From the NCBI RefSeq assembly GCF_009931435.1, contig NZ_CP043414.1: DNA of 64,000 nucleotides; one strand, written 5' to 3'. Under the pieces are notes generated by a model. The model did not search any database. It was not told the origin of the DNA and saw nothing but the letters and a program-made list of their open reading frames with translations. The position numbers and the translations under genes were made by a program. This DNA comes from Escherichia coli (lineage in GTDB: Bacteria > Pseudomonadota > Gammaproteobacteria > Enterobacterales > Enterobacteriaceae). How positions within the stretch are numbered: position 1 is the first letter of the stretch; the number at the start of each line of letters is the position of its first letter. Below are positions 11,760 through 22,845 of this stretch, in pieces.

Positions 11760-12557
11760 AACTTGCTCCTTAGCCGTTATCGTTTCGAACATGTCATCCT
11801 TTTCATTATTTACATCCCTGTCCGAATCGTTGTTCAATATAGTAAACGCCTATAAGAACCTTGCCCTTCGTGAACTAATACGTCTATTAACACTAATCAA
11901 TACTTCAGATTTATCCATCACGCACTCCATATATTGATCCTAAGTAAAATTCCTGGTTGTTATCAGATTGTAAACTGCAAACAAAAAATTAACGTTTGCG
12001 GATTACTGCCCAAGAATAAGTTATCAATAACCAGTTTGTGATCTCTGAAGAATATTACTAAAGTTAAAATGTAATCCGATTTAAATATCGAGTCTCCTTG
12101 TTTCGACTTAAGCTGGCAATTGGATTGCCAGCTTTCTTTTAACGCATTGAAATTACCTGAGTAAATAACTCATTCATGTCTTCAGGTTTTTATATAGCGT
12201 CTGGAGACACGGATATTTATGCAATGTAATCAACGCCAGTTGCAAAAAAATGAACCCGGATTACTTATTTAACCGCCCATAGCATCAACGTTTACGGAAC
12301 TCTTTGTTCACTTTCCCACAGCACTTTTAAAACATTAAACCTGACTACGGAAAATATCAGCCATGATAATGTTTGAAATGGCTAATTTGCCATGCAATGA
12401 AAAAAATCAGATAAAATTCAGTAGGTTGAAATACTCATCAGCAGGTAATTATTTCAATGATAGCGCGCAATTGATCTAAAATGCTGTGTAGCGGAGAGAG
12501 TATTAATTGGATCATAGTCACATCAAGTGACTATGATCCAGGTGGCAATAGGGATAA
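11760..12557. promoter_or_regulatory. Long AT-rich gadE upstream control region (multiple promoters expected; an antisense sRNA arrS is reported here but I cannot delimit it)
   Basis: About 800 bp non-coding, AT-rich stretch between hdeD and gadE; established knowledge that gadE has an unusually large regulatory region. Exact sites not resolved. Confidence 0.4.
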
Positions 12558-13130
12558 TTATTGCTTTTTAACAAACAAACTGGCGAAGCTGAACAGGCTA
12601 GCGGCGCTAAATATCAGTTCAATTCCCACTAGTGTGGAAACCAGCGTTACAGAAACCATCGGCGTAGCACCAAGGAATATCCAGGCAATGACGATATCCA
12701 GCACACCAATAACGAGCTGTAGCCAACTGCCTTTCATTGAACGCTGACGATACCAACTCATCAGGCGAATAACCCCTGCCACACAGAACAAACCGGCAAT
12801 AAATGCCGCAATGGCAAAAATGCCCAGCTCTGGTGCGCGGATGAAGAAATAGCCGATCAATAAATAGGCGACTGCGACGAGGAAACCGGATAATACCGGC
12901 CAGAAATTATGACTGCGGTTGCTGAATAACCCGACAATAAGCGCAATACCCGAGCAGATTAATAATGCACCCACTACTGTGCTTAAAATATCGCCAGAGA
13001 CGAACGGAAAACTGATACACAGCAACCCGACGATAAACAGCAGCACGGCAATAAACTGGATTGCTCTGCGATGTTTTTTAAGCATCTCCAGATCAAACTT
13101 CAAAATTGTTGCCTTATCTATATATAACAT
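12558..13130 (-). CDS. hdeD: Acid resistance inner membrane protein HdeD
   Basis: 190 aa multi-TM protein, divergent from hdeAB. Confidence 0.9.
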   Translation of the reverse strand: MLYIDKATILKFDLEMLKKHRRAIQFIAVLLFIVGLLCISFPFVSGDILSTVVGALLICSGIALIVGLFSNRSHNFWPVLSGFLVAVAYLLIGYFFIRAPELGIFAIAAFIAGLFCVAGVIRLMSWYRQRSMKGSWLQLVIGVLDIVIAWIFLGATPMVSVTLVSTLVGIELIFSAASLFSFASLFVKKQ

Positions 13131-13384
13131 AGAACCACCCTATAAAATTAAGAAGAAAATCCCCTGCTATCAATCTATGCCAAAAACGCGTCTAAGAATG
13201 CAGTCGATTTAATAAAAATTTCCTAATTACAGTATCAGATGCATCTGTAACTCATTGTATTAAAATAAAAATATCTGATTTTGATATTTTCCATCAACAT
13301 GACATATACAGAAAACCAGGTTATAACCTCAGTGTCGAAATTAATTCGTGACGGCTCTTTCACTTTATAGTTGAGGATATTACG

Positions 13385-13717
13385 ATGAAAAAAGTATTAG
13401 GCGTTATTCTTGGTGGTCTGCTTCTTCTGCCAGTGGTGAGCAATGCAGCGGATGCACAAAAAGCAGCTGATAACAAAAAACCGGTCAACACCTGGACCTG
13501 TGAAGATTTTCTGGCTGTGGACGAATCCTTCCAGCCAACTGCAGTTGGTTTTGCTGAAGCACTGAACAATAAAGATAAACCAGAAGATGCGGTTTTAGAT
13601 GTTCAGGGTATTGCAACCGTAACCCCAGCGATCGTTCAGGCTTGTACTCAGGATAAACAAGCCAACTTTAAAGATAAAGTTAAAAGCGAATGGGACAAAG
13701 TTAAGAAAGATATGTAA
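13385..13717 (+). CDS. hdeA: Periplasmic acid stress chaperone HdeA
   Basis: 110 aa with signal peptide (MKKVLGVILGGLLLLPVVSNA); conserved WTCEDFL motif. Confidence 0.92.
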   Translation: MKKVLGVILGGLLLLPVVSNAADAQKAADNKKPVNTWTCEDFLAVDESFQPTAVGFAEALNNKDKPEDAVLDVQGIATVTPAIVQACTQDKQANFKDKVKSEWDKVKKDM

Positions 13718-13832
13718 TTCCGGGAATACGTTACATCGTACTTCCTTGCATATTGAACAGGTAGGAATACCTTCTTCAAAAGCAGCTATTCCTTCTGTTC
13801 ATATTTAATCTCTATATTGAATGGGTTACAAA

Positions 13833-14159
13833 ATGAATATTTCATCTCTCCGTAAAGCGTTTATTTTTATGGGCGCTGTAGCGGCTTTGTCACTGGTGAA
13901 CGCACAATCTGCGCTGGCAGCCAATGAATCCGCTAAAGATATGACTTGCCAGGAATTTATTGATCTGAATCCAAAAGCAATGACACCGGTTGCGTGGTGG
14001 ATGCTGCATGAAGAAACAGTTTATAAAGGTGGTGATACTGTTACTTTAAATGAAACCGATCTTACTCAAATTCCTAAAGTGATCGAATACTGCAAAAAAA
14101 ATCCGCAGAAAAATTTGTATACTTTCAAAAATCAAGCATCTAATGACTTGCCGAATTAA
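13833..14159 (+). CDS. hdeB: Periplasmic acid stress chaperone HdeB
   Basis: 108 aa from ATG at 13833 (MNISSLRKAF...); signal peptide; paralog of HdeA (TCQEFIDL). Confidence 0.88.
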   Translation: MNISSLRKAFIFMGAVAALSLVNAQSALAANESAKDMTCQEFIDLNPKAMTPVAWWMLHEETVYKGGDTVTLNETDLTQIPKVIEYCKKNPQKNLYTFKNQASNDLPN

Positions 14160-14172
14160 TGGGGCACAAGTA

Positions 14173-14219
14173 AAAAGGAGTAGCAAGTTGAGCCATCTTG
14201 CTGCTCCTTTTTGCATTTT
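14173..14219 (+). terminator. Hairpin plus T-run after hdeB
   Basis: aaaaggagtagcaag ... cttgctgctcctttt followed by ttgcattttt. Confidence 0.5.
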
Positions 14220-14222
14220 TAT

Positions 14223-14870
14223 ATGACAGCAGAATTTATTATACGTCTTATACTCGCAGCAATTGCCTGTGGCGCTATTGGCATGGAAAGGCAAATGCGC
14301 GGCAAAGGAGCAGGGTTACGCACACATGTATTAATTGGCATGGGAAGCGCCCTGTTTATGATTGTTTCGAAATATGGTTTTGCTGACGTGCTGTCTTTAG
14401 ATCACGTCGGACTGGACCCCAGCCGTATTGCTGCTCAGGTGGTGACGGGCGTCGGGTTTATCGGTGCAGGTAACATTCTCGTTCGTAACCAAAATATTGT
14501 AGGTCTGACGACGGCAGCGGATATCTGGGTGACCGCCGCCATTGGTATGGTTATTGGTAGCGGTATGTACGAACTGGGCATTTATGGTTCAGTGATGACC
14601 TTACTGGTGCTGGAAGTCTTCCATCAATTAACCTTCCGCCTGATGAATAAAAATTACCATTTACAGCTGACATTAGTGAACGGTAATACGGTATCAATGC
14701 TCGACTGGTTTAAGCAGCAAAAAATAAAAACGGATTTAGTTTCGTTGCAGGAAAATGAAGATCATGAAGTGGTCGCCATTGATATCCAGCTTCATGCCAC
14801 GACGTCGATAGAAGATCTGTTGCGATTATTAAAAGGTATGGCAGGGGTGAAAGGCGTTTCAATTAGCTAA
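14223..14870 (+). CDS. yhiD: MgtC-family inner membrane protein YhiD
   Basis: About 215 aa from MTAEFIIRLILAAIACGAIGMERQ (MgtC/SapB-like N-terminus); follows hdeB. Confidence 0.8.
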   Translation: MTAEFIIRLILAAIACGAIGMERQMRGKGAGLRTHVLIGMGSALFMIVSKYGFADVLSLDHVGLDPSRIAAQVVTGVGFIGAGNILVRNQNIVGLTTAADIWVTAAIGMVIGSGMYELGIYGSVMTLLVLEVFHQLTFRLMNKNYHLQLTLVNGNTVSMLDWFKQQKIKTDLVSLQENEDHEVVAIDIQLHATTSIEDLLRLLKGMAGVKGVSIS

Positions 14871-14890
14871 TCTATATAGTTATTTATTCG

Positions 14891-14921
14891 CAGGAGTACC
14901 AGAGCGGTACTCCTGTTGGTT
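14891..14921. terminator. Bidirectional hairpin between yhiD and chuV
   Basis: caggagtacc agag cggtactcctg followed by T-rich sequence; lies between convergent genes. Confidence 0.55.
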
Positions 14922-15692
14922 TTAATGATCGAGGACGATCAGTGGTGAATGGTTGGCAGGATCTTTAAGTACGGTAATATCCGCGCCGTAGAGCATTGTC
15001 AGCGCCTGCTGTGTCAATACGTCCTGCGGTTTACCATTTGCGATAACCTTTCCTTTTTGCATTAATACAACACGGTCTGCATAACGCGCGGCAAGATTTA
15101 GATCGTGCAATACGCAGCAAACATTGAACTGCCGTTCGTGAACTAGCTGGCGTAATAAACGAAACAAGTGCTGCTGATGGTGAATATCCAGCGCCGAAGT
15201 TGGTTCATCAAGAAATAACCATTTCGGTGAGGGAGTTGGTTCCCAGAGTTGCACCAGCAGGCGCGCTAATTGCACGCGCTGTTGTTCACCACCGGATAAT
15301 TGCCGATAGTCGCGGTTTGCTAACGCCTGACAGTCACATAACGCCATTATTTGTGCTGTTTCATTATCCTGATTACCAGTACGATGCGGATGCCGCCCCA
15401 TCTGGATAACTTCTTGTACGCTGAATGGAAACGCCATGTGGCTATTTTGACGCATCACGGCCCGGTGTTTCGCCAGTTCAGTAATCGACCATTCATTTAA
15501 TGGCTTATTAAACAACCGACATTCGCCGCTATCAGGTTGAAGATAGCCGGTTAACTGGCGAAGCAGCGTAGATTTTCCCGCACCATTAGGGCCGAGAATG
15601 GCAACAATTTCCCCACCGGGAAAAGTCAGCGAGACATTATCAGTCAGACGCCGCCCCTGAAGGCTATAAACCAGATTCTGGGCGCTGATCAT
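14922..15692 (-). CDS. chuV: Hemin ABC transporter ATP-binding protein
   Basis: ABC ATPase with Walker A (GPNGAGKST) and signature LSGGEQQR; start at [11 protein letters not shown] overlapping the chuU stop (ATGA). The ORF track start is 51 codons too far upstream. Confidence 0.85.
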   Translation of the reverse strand: MISAQNLVYSLQGRRLTDNVSLTFPGGEIVAILGPNGAGKSTLLRQLTGYLQPDSGECRLFNKPLNEWSITELAKHRAVMRQNSHMAFPFSVQEVIQMGRHPHRTGNQDNETAQIMALCDCQALANRDYRQLSGGEQQRVQLARLLVQLWEPTPSPKWLFLDEPTSALDIHHQQHLFRLLRQLVHERQFNVCCVLHDLNLAARYADRVVLMQKGKVIANGKPQDVLTQQALTMLYGADITVLKDPANHSPLIVLDH

Positions 15693-16681
15693 GTGATCCT
15701 CCGGTTGCGCAGAATCAACCACATAAAATAAGGGCCACCAAGCAGGCTGGTTAATAATCCCACGGGCATTTCTGCTGGCTGTACCAGTGTGCGGGCAAGC
15801 GTGTCTGCCATCAGCAATAAACAGGCTCCGGCGAGGGCGGAGCAAGGGATTAGCCAGCGGTGATTTGCCCCGGTAGTCATACGAATCAGATGCGGGATCA
15901 CCAGGCCAATAAAGCCGATAATGCCGCTTACCGATACGGCGGCACCAACGAGCAGTGAGCTCACTAACAATAATTGCTGGCGTTTACGCTTAACGTTCAC
16001 GCCGAGGTAGTGGGCTTCTTCATCACCGAGCTGCAGTAAATTCAGCGTTCCGGCGAGACAAGTTGTTGCAATAATGGCCGGTAGGATGAATGAACTGGCA
16101 ACCAATAACGTCGGCCATTGCGCCTGTCCAAGATTGCCCATCATCCACAATGTGAGTTGTCGTAGCTGCTGCTCATCGCCGATATAGCTCAGGATGCCGA
16201 TCGCTGCGCCGCACAGGGCATTGATGGCGATACCGGCGAGTAATAATTGCATCATGCTGCCATCGCGATGGCGCTGCGTGATGAGAAAAATGATGGTGCA
16301 GACCACTAAACTTCCGGCAATGGCAAACACCATTTGCTCATAGAGCACCAGCACCACTGGGAAGGAAAAGGGCAGCACAATAGCAACGCCAACCATTAAT
16401 GCAGAACCGCTACTGACGCCGAGTAATCCAGGGTCAGCCATTGGGTTGCGAAAAAGCCCCTGCATAATTACCCCGGCGGTTGCCAACGCTGCACCTACCA
16501 GCACCGCCAGCAAAACCCGTGGTAGACGAATATTGAGCCAGATATCGCGGTATTCCTCATCAAAAAGGGCATCAAAACTGATCTTTAACGCTCCCTGACT
16601 GGCACCGAACAGCACCAGAGCTAGCAATAATAGTGATAGCCCCATAAAGACCCTGGCGGAAAAGAGTGAATCCTTGAGCAC
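15689..16681 (-). CDS. chuU: Hemin ABC transporter permease (FecCD family)
   Basis: 330 aa polytopic membrane protein, translationally coupled to chuV. Confidence 0.85.
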   Translation of the reverse strand: MLKDSLFSARVFMGLSLLLLALVLFGASQGALKISFDALFDEEYRDIWLNIRLPRVLLAVLVGAALATAGVIMQGLFRNPMADPGLLGVSSGSALMVGVAIVLPFSFPVVLVLYEQMVFAIAGSLVVCTIIFLITQRHRDGSMMQLLLAGIAINALCGAAIGILSYIGDEQQLRQLTLWMMGNLGQAQWPTLLVASSFILPAIIATTCLAGTLNLLQLGDEEAHYLGVNVKRKRQQLLLVSSLLVGAAVSVSGIIGFIGLVIPHLIRMTTGANHRWLIPCSALAGACLLLMADTLARTLVQPAEMPVGLLTSLLGGPYFMWLILRNRRIT

Positions 16682-16729
16682 GCAAAACTCCGTTACGACA
16701 TTACGGCGCGGAGATTCCGCGCCGGGGGA

Positions 16730-17353
16730 TCACGCCGGTTTCAGGTCCGGTTCAATCAGACTGTAGACCTGCTGGTTAAGTGCTGGCGCATTTGCCAGTT
16801 CATGGATATGTGCGGCGACATCGGCGCGGTTAACAAAACCATGACACTCCTGATTTTGTATCCGTTGTGCTTTGCCCGTTGCCGCACCATCAAGCAGACC
16901 GCCAGGGCGGAGAATGGCGTAATCAAGTTGGCTGGTTTGCAACCAGCTTTCCGCCAGCGTTTTTTCCCGTACCGCCTGACCAAACGCAGCCTTTGCCCGC
17001 TCCGATAAAAACGGCCAGCTATCGCCACATCCCAAAGAGGTCACCAGAATCATGCGACTGATGCCGGCCTTTTCGGCCTCATCAATCACTGTTCTGTGTG
17101 CCAGATAATCCTGAGCTCCGCCCATTGTTGAGATGATAAGCGCATCCGGGCCAGCTGCGCGGCAAGCAGCCGCGACTACGCTGGCATCACAGGCGTCGCC
17201 TGTAAAAACCTGTACGCCTTGTTGCGCCAGTTTCGTGGCGGCATCAGCATGACGAATGACAGCAACGACCGGACGTTGTTCCGCCAGCGCCAGTTCAAGC
17301 GTTCTGGCACCCACACCTTTTCCGCCTGCGCCAAAGAGTAGCCACGGCGTCAT
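16730..17353 (-). CDS. chuY: ChuY, NAD(P)-binding Rossmann-fold protein of the heme utilisation operon
   Basis: 207 aa; N-terminal GxxGxxG-like motif (LLFGAGGKGVGA); position in the chu operon. Confidence 0.7.
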   Translation of the reverse strand: MTPWLLFGAGGKGVGARTLELALAEQRPVVAVIRHADAATKLAQQGVQVFTGDACDASVVAAACRAAGPDALIISTMGGAQDYLAHRTVIDEAEKAGISRMILVTSLGCGDSWPFLSERAKAAFGQAVREKTLAESWLQTSQLDYAILRPGGLLDGAATGKAQRIQNQECHGFVNRADVAAHIHELANAPALNQQVYSLIEPDLKPA

Positions 17354-17847
17354 CAGGCGTGTTCCTTTAACGATGCTGCCAGAGCATGGAAGGCGCTGAC
17401 TTGTTCGCTCAGGAGCTGACGATGGTCATCCCTGCCGAGGAAGATTTTCAGCATTGCGCTGCCTTCTTTGTTGAAAAAGAGAATGGATGCGGTGTCCATG
17501 CCCATAAATTTACGTTCGATCAAGGCAATATGTGTGCAGTTTTCTGCTTTGATATGCCCGGACATGCCGTGCTTTCCGCGTAGGTTGAAATAGCCGTGGC
17601 GATGGAAACCCGAAGGCAGTTCGCCGCTAAATTCGAGGATTACATCGGCAGTATGTACTAACGTGGTGACGTTGCCCCATTCGCAGACGGTATCCCAGAC
17701 AGTATCGAATTTATCGCCTGACACTACGGTAGAGGAGGGTAGATTTCTCACTACTTCCAGCAGTGTGGTGTTGTATTGTTCGGCTACCACCTCCAGCGTA
17801 CCGTCCGGCTCCGTTTTCAAAAATTCTTGTAACGAGACATGGCTCAT
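17353..17847 (-). CDS. chuX: ChuX heme-binding protein
   Basis: 164 aa; position between chuW and chuY in the operon. Confidence 0.7.
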   Translation of the reverse strand: MSHVSLQEFLKTEPDGTLEVVAEQYNTTLLEVVRNLPSSTVVSGDKFDTVWDTVCEWGNVTTLVHTADVILEFSGELPSGFHRHGYFNLRGKHGMSGHIKAENCTHIALIERKFMGMDTASILFFNKEGSAMLKIFLGRDDHRQLLSEQVSAFHALAASLKEHA

Positions 17848-17859
17848 AAATCACTCCTG

Positions 17860-19197
17860 TTATGGTTTTTCACGCACAATCGTTGGCGCATTAAGTACCT
17901 GAATTAGTTCATTAAGAGACTGCAAAATATTGCTTGCCCAGAAACGACCTTCATTAGTCAGCCGCAGGCAAGTTGAAGCATCGCGGCTTAAGCCTTTTTG
18001 GTGCCATTGAGCCAGTAACGGCGCGAGTTTTTCGGCATGTGGCGTAAGTTCATCCAGCGGTACACGCGCTGTTTCAACACCTGACTGCAAGGTATGACGC
18101 CATTGCGCATTACGTTCGGCGTTACGCATGATCATCATCAGCGGTTTTTTGCCTGCCGCGACGGATTCATGCCAGGTCTGAAGACTGCGTTCGTTCATCC
18201 AGGAGTAACCATTAATCGAACCGCCGGCTCCGGAACCAAAGGCCAGACAATCGGCACCTTGTTTAATCAGCAGGTTATAGAGATTGCGTTCGCGTGTGGT
18301 ACGGCCCCAGTGGCTGTTACTGATACAGCGCCAACCAGCTTCGTCCATGAAGTCACACCCTTGCAGATAAAGATCGCGTCGTTCTGCCGGAGAGGGCACG
18401 GTAGTACGCCCATTTTCCACGGCTTTGCCCAGCGGTGTATTGGGCAGGACATTGAGCGCATAGAGATCGACGCCGTCGAGACCGATATCGCGGGCAATAG
18501 TCAGATCTTCTCCCCAGGTTTGCGCATCCTGACCCGGCAGGCCAAACAGAAGGTCACAGACCACCGCAGCACGGTCGCGTTTGACCAGGCTTTCCATAAA
18601 CGCAATGGCGGTTGGGCCATCCGAGGTGCGGGCCATTTTCTTACGGATTTTGCTGTTAAACGACTGAATACCAATTGAGAAGCGGTTTGCTCCTGCATCA
18701 AGGCAAGCATCGATTCGCTCAGCGTCAAAATTCAGTACCCGGCCTTCGATAGTGATTTCACAATCAGGGGCCAGTGGCAGCTTTTCTCGTAATGTGGTGA
18801 TAATTCTGGCCAAATCGTGTGCCGAAAGCGCGGAAGGCGTGCCACCACCGAAATAGACCGCGTGGATGGGGGCAGACTGATGCAATACGCTGTCCGCTTC
18901 CATTTCTATTTCACGAATCAGGGCGTCGGTATAATGAGCACACGCATCTTCATTAAAACGGTTCTGATAAAAACCACAAAACGTGCAGTGTGTTGCACAA
19001 AAAGGAATGTGTAGATAAACCAGTCGCTTACGTGGTGATACCGTTTGATTGAGCATCTCTTGCCAGGTCTGTGCCAGTTGCTCTTTGGCAACTGGAATGG
19101 CCCCACGAAACGGCATCATGGCGCGCCTGTCTTTAAATGGCTGATCACCGTCTAAAGCAAAATGTGGCGTGAGATCCAGGGTGTTATTTGTGTTCAT
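17860..19197 (-). CDS. chuW: ChuW radical SAM enzyme (HemN-like, anaerobic heme degradation)
   Basis: 445 aa with the radical SAM CxxxCxxC motif (CATHCTFCGFY). Confidence 0.82.
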   Translation of the reverse strand: MNTNNTLDLTPHFALDGDQPFKDRRAMMPFRGAIPVAKEQLAQTWQEMLNQTVSPRKRLVYLHIPFCATHCTFCGFYQNRFNEDACAHYTDALIREIEMEADSVLHQSAPIHAVYFGGGTPSALSAHDLARIITTLREKLPLAPDCEITIEGRVLNFDAERIDACLDAGANRFSIGIQSFNSKIRKKMARTSDGPTAIAFMESLVKRDRAAVVCDLLFGLPGQDAQTWGEDLTIARDIGLDGVDLYALNVLPNTPLGKAVENGRTTVPSPAERRDLYLQGCDFMDEAGWRCISNSHWGRTTRERNLYNLLIKQGADCLAFGSGAGGSINGYSWMNERSLQTWHESVAAGKKPLMMIMRNAERNAQWRHTLQSGVETARVPLDELTPHAEKLAPLLAQWHQKGLSRDASTCLRLTNEGRFWASNILQSLNELIQVLNAPTIVREKP

Positions 19198-19216
19198 TCG
19201 TCTGATTTAAATCCAT

Positions 19217-20131
19217 TTATTGCGGCCAAAGCTGCTGGTGTAAAGACTCAACGACATCAGCAATACGCGGACCCATTCCCAGAATCAGGTTTTGATCAAC
19301 GGTGATAATGCGCTGGTTTTTCCATGCGGCAGTGTGGGTAATTCCGGCAATAGAACGTAGCCGGTTAATATCGCCATCGACCATTTGTGAGGTTACGACA
19401 ATCACTTCTGGATTAGCCGCAATCAGTGATTCTGCACTGTAGCTTTTGTACTGCTGGTGGGTTGCGACGTTTTCTGCTCCGGCAAGCGAAAGAATGGCGT
19501 CCGCGACGCTGCCTTTACCGGCAACCTGTGGCGCACTTCCGCCTGCGGAGAGAATAAACATGGCTTTAACCGGGGCTTTTTTGGCCGCCACGTTTTGCTG
19601 TACTCGCTCCAGGCGTTGGTTGATCTGTGTCACCAGCGCCTCGCCTTGTTCAGGAACCTGTAGCGTTTTTGCCAGTTGGCGAATGTTGGCGTACATCTGC
19701 TCAAGGGTGGCAGGCACACGCGGCAGGGTGACGACGTTGACTTTCTGCGCTCGTAGTTGGTCGAGCACAATTTGTGGCCCGGCATCCTGCCAGGTAATTA
19801 CGCTATCCGGGCGAAGTGACAAAATGCCTTCGCTGCTGAGTTGTTTCCAGTAGCCAATATGCGGCAGTTTGGCGGTTTCTGGTGGATAAGATGTCGTTTC
19901 ATCGACACCAACCACGCGTTCGCCAGCGCCCATCGCGTAGATTAGCTCCGTCAGCGATCCTCCTGCGACCACGATACGTTCGGCAGCCGTTACGCTAAAA
20001 GCCCAGCTAAGAGCCAGTACTGCCGTAAACAATTTTTTTCGTTTTACCGCGGTCTTCGCGGCAGAGGCCACGGCTGAAATACATAACGTCAGTGGGGAAA
20101 AAAGAAACGGCCTGGTGGTGATCCTTGGCAT
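19217..20131 (-). CDS. chuT: Periplasmic hemin-binding protein ChuT
   Basis: Periplasmic binding protein; I place the start at MPRITTRPFLF... (304 aa) because the longer call would cover a Fur-box-like site. Confidence 0.75.
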   Translation of the reverse strand: MPRITTRPFLFSPLTLCISAVASAAKTAVKRKKLFTAVLALSWAFSVTAAERIVVAGGSLTELIYAMGAGERVVGVDETTSYPPETAKLPHIGYWKQLSSEGILSLRPDSVITWQDAGPQIVLDQLRAQKVNVVTLPRVPATLEQMYANIRQLAKTLQVPEQGEALVTQINQRLERVQQNVAAKKAPVKAMFILSAGGSAPQVAGKGSVADAILSLAGAENVATHQQYKSYSAESLIAANPEVIVVTSQMVDGDINRLRSIAGITHTAAWKNQRIITVDQNLILGMGPRIADVVESLHQQLWPQ

Positions 20132-20156
20132 AATATGAGAACTCTTATCAAATTGA

Positions 20157-20177
20157 GAATGATCATGATTATCATTT
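20157..20177. promoter_or_regulatory. Fur-box-like operator upstream of chuT
   Basis: gaatgatcatgattatcatt resembles the Fur consensus GATAATGATAATCATTATC; lies in the chuT-chuA divergent region. Confidence 0.5.
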
Positions 20178-20814
20178 GAGTTATATATGAAATACAACCG
20201 TCGATTCAATACGCAAGGCGTTACAAGCGTATTTATTTTTGATTTTTATCAAGATACTTCGTCAGCTAACGTTCTTGTTACCGACTAAATTTCAGCGCGG
20301 GAAAAAGCTGAGAACCCAGAGATATCGCGGCTTGCAGAGCAAAGAGAAGAGAAAATTATCACTGTTAACGACAAAGTTTAGTGATGAGGTCATGGGGGAA
20401 TAACCATAAAAACAAAGTGGTTTCCAGGGCGCAGGATAGGTTTCATAACCCCCTGTTTATTGTGTTAATGGCGGTTAAAAAAAAGCTTGATCATAAAAAA
20501 TTGATCGATAATAATTCTCATTATCACGTTCGCGCTTAACAAAACACGACCATATGGATAACAAAACCATAGCATTTGCAAGGGATAACGCACAGCGCTC
20601 TTCACTCCTGATGGGGCATATCGTTTTGCCTGATAAAGAGGGCGTGCTTTTGCGTATTTGCCGAGATACCAGGCAATTTCATGGGATATAAACGCCTGTA
20701 AACTCACCCGGCGAATATTATCGCTCTGAATTTTAAATAAATTTATTTCTCGCAAGCCACCCCGGTATTAACCCAGGCAGCCAGCATTTTTTATTTTCCT
20801 CATGGAGAATCGCT

Positions 20815-22797
20815 ATGTCACGTCCGCAATTTACCTCGTTGCGTTTGAGTTTGTTGGCTTTGGCTGTTTCTGCCACCTTGCCAACGTTTGCTTTTGCTAC
20901 TGAAACCATGACCGTTACGGCAACGGGGAATGCCCGTAGTTCCTTCGAAGCGCCTATGATGGTCAGCGTCATCGACACTTCCGCTCCTGAAAATCAAACG
21001 GCTACTTCAGCCACCGATCTGCTGCGTCATGTTCCTGGAATTACTCTTGATGGTACCGGACGAACCAACGGTCAGGATGTAAATATGCGTGGCTATGATC
21101 ATCGCGGCGTGCTGGTTCTTGTCGATGGTGTTCGCCAGGGAACGGATACCGGACACCTGAATGGTACTTTTCTCGATCCGGCGCTGATCAAGCGTGTTGA
21201 GATTGTTCGCGGACCTTCAGCATTACTGTATGGCAGTGGCGCGCTGGGTGGGGTGATCTCCTACGATACGGTCGATGCAAAAGATTTATTGCAGGAAGGA
21301 CAAAGTAGTGGTTTTCGTGTCTTTGGTACTGGTGGCACGGGGGACCATAGCCTGGGATTAGGCGCGAGCGCGTTTGGGCGAACTGAAAATCTGGATGGTA
21401 TTGTGGCCTGGTCCAGTCGCGATCGGGGTGATTTACGCCAGAGCAATGGTGAAACCGCGCCGAATGACGAGTCCATTAATAACATGCTGGCGAAAGGGAC
21501 CTGGCAAATTGATTCAGCCCAGTCTCTGAGCGGATTAGTGCGTTATTACAACAACGACGCGCGTGAACCAAAAAATCCGCAGACCGTTGAGGCTTCTGAA
21601 AACAGCAACCCGATGGTTGATCGTTCAACAATTCAACGCGATGCGCAGCTTTCTTATAAACTCGCCCCGCAGGGCAACGACTGGTTAAATGCAGATGCAA
21701 AAATTTACTGGTCGGAAGTCCGTATTAATGCGCAAAACACGGGGAGTTCCGGCGAGTATCGTGAACAGATAACAAAAGGAGCCAGGCTGGAGAACCGTTC
21801 CACTCTATTTGCCGACAGTTTCGCTTCTCACTTACTGACATATGGCGGTGAGTATTATCGTCAGGAACAACATCCGGGCGGCGCGACGACGGGCTTCCCG
21901 CAAGCAAAAATCGATTTTAGCTCCGGCTGGCTACAGGATGAGATCACCTTACGCGATCTGCCGATTACTCTGCTTGGCGGAACCCGCTATGACAGTTATC
22001 GCGGTAGCAGCGACGGCTACAAAGATGTTGATGCCGACAAATGGTCATCTCGTGCGGGGATGACTATCAACCCGACCAACTGGCTGATGTTATTTGGCTC
22101 ATATGCCCAGGCATTCCGCGCCCCGACGATGGGCGAAATGTATAACGATTCTAAGCACTTCTCGATTGGTCGCTTCTATACCAACTATTGGGTGCCAAAC
22201 CCGAACTTACGTCCGGAAACTAACGAAACTCAGGAGTACGGTTTTGGGCTGCGTTTTGATGACCTGATGTTGTCCAATGATGCCCTGGAATTTAAAGCCA
22301 GCTACTTTGATACCAAAGCGAAGGATTACATCTCCACGACTGTCGATTTCGCGGCGGCGACAACTATGTCGTATAACGTCCCGAACGCCAAAATCTGGGG
22401 CTGGGATGTGATGACGAAATATACCACTGATCTGTTTAGCCTTGATGTGGCCTATAACCGTACCCGCGGCAAAGACACCGATACCGGGGAATATATTTCC
22501 AGTATTAACCCGGATACCGTTACCAGCACCCTGAATATTCCGATCGCTCACAGTGGCTTCTCTGTTGGTTGGGTCGGTACGTTTGCCGATCGCTCAACAC
22601 ATATCAGCAGCAGTTACAGCAAACAACCTGGCTATGGTGTGAATGATTTCTACGTCAGTTATCAAGGGCAGCAGGCGCTCAAAGGTATGACCACTACTCT
22701 GGTATTGGGCAACGCCTTCGACAAAGAGTACTGGTCGCCGCAAGGCATCCCACAGGATGGTCGTAACGGAAAAATTTTCGTGAGTTATCAATGGTAA
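20815..22797 (+). CDS. chuA: TonB-dependent outer membrane heme/hemoglobin receptor ChuA
   Basis: 660 aa with signal peptide, plug and barrel domains, C-terminal aromatic residue (...VSYQW). Confidence 0.9.
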   Translation: MSRPQFTSLRLSLLALAVSATLPTFAFATETMTVTATGNARSSFEAPMMVSVIDTSAPENQTATSATDLLRHVPGITLDGTGRTNGQDVNMRGYDHRGVLVLVDGVRQGTDTGHLNGTFLDPALIKRVEIVRGPSALLYGSGALGGVISYDTVDAKDLLQEGQSSGFRVFGTGGTGDHSLGLGASAFGRTENLDGIVAWSSRDRGDLRQSNGETAPNDESINNMLAKGTWQIDSAQSLSGLVRYYNNDAREPKNPQTVEASENSNPMVDRSTIQRDAQLSYKLAPQGNDWLNADAKIYWSEVRINAQNTGSSGEYREQITKGARLENRSTLFADSFASHLLTYGGEYYRQEQHPGGATTGFPQAKIDFSSGWLQDEITLRDLPITLLGGTRYDSYRGSSDGYKDVDADKWSSRAGMTINPTNWLMLFGSYAQAFRAPTMGEMYNDSKHFSIGRFYTNYWVPNPNLRPETNETQEYGFGLRFDDLMLSNDALEFKASYFDTKAKDYISTTVDFAAATTMSYNVPNAKIWGWDVMTKYTTDLFSLDVAYNRTRGKDTDTGEYISSINPDTVTSTLNIPIAHSGFSVGWVGTFADRSTHISSSYSKQPGYGVNDFYVSYQGQQALKGMTTTLVLGNAFDKEYWSPQGIPQDGRNGKIFVSYQW

Positions 22798-22845
22798 TCA
22801 TCTGCCCCGATATTTCGGGGCATTTATCTGGAAGGAAGAGAGACA

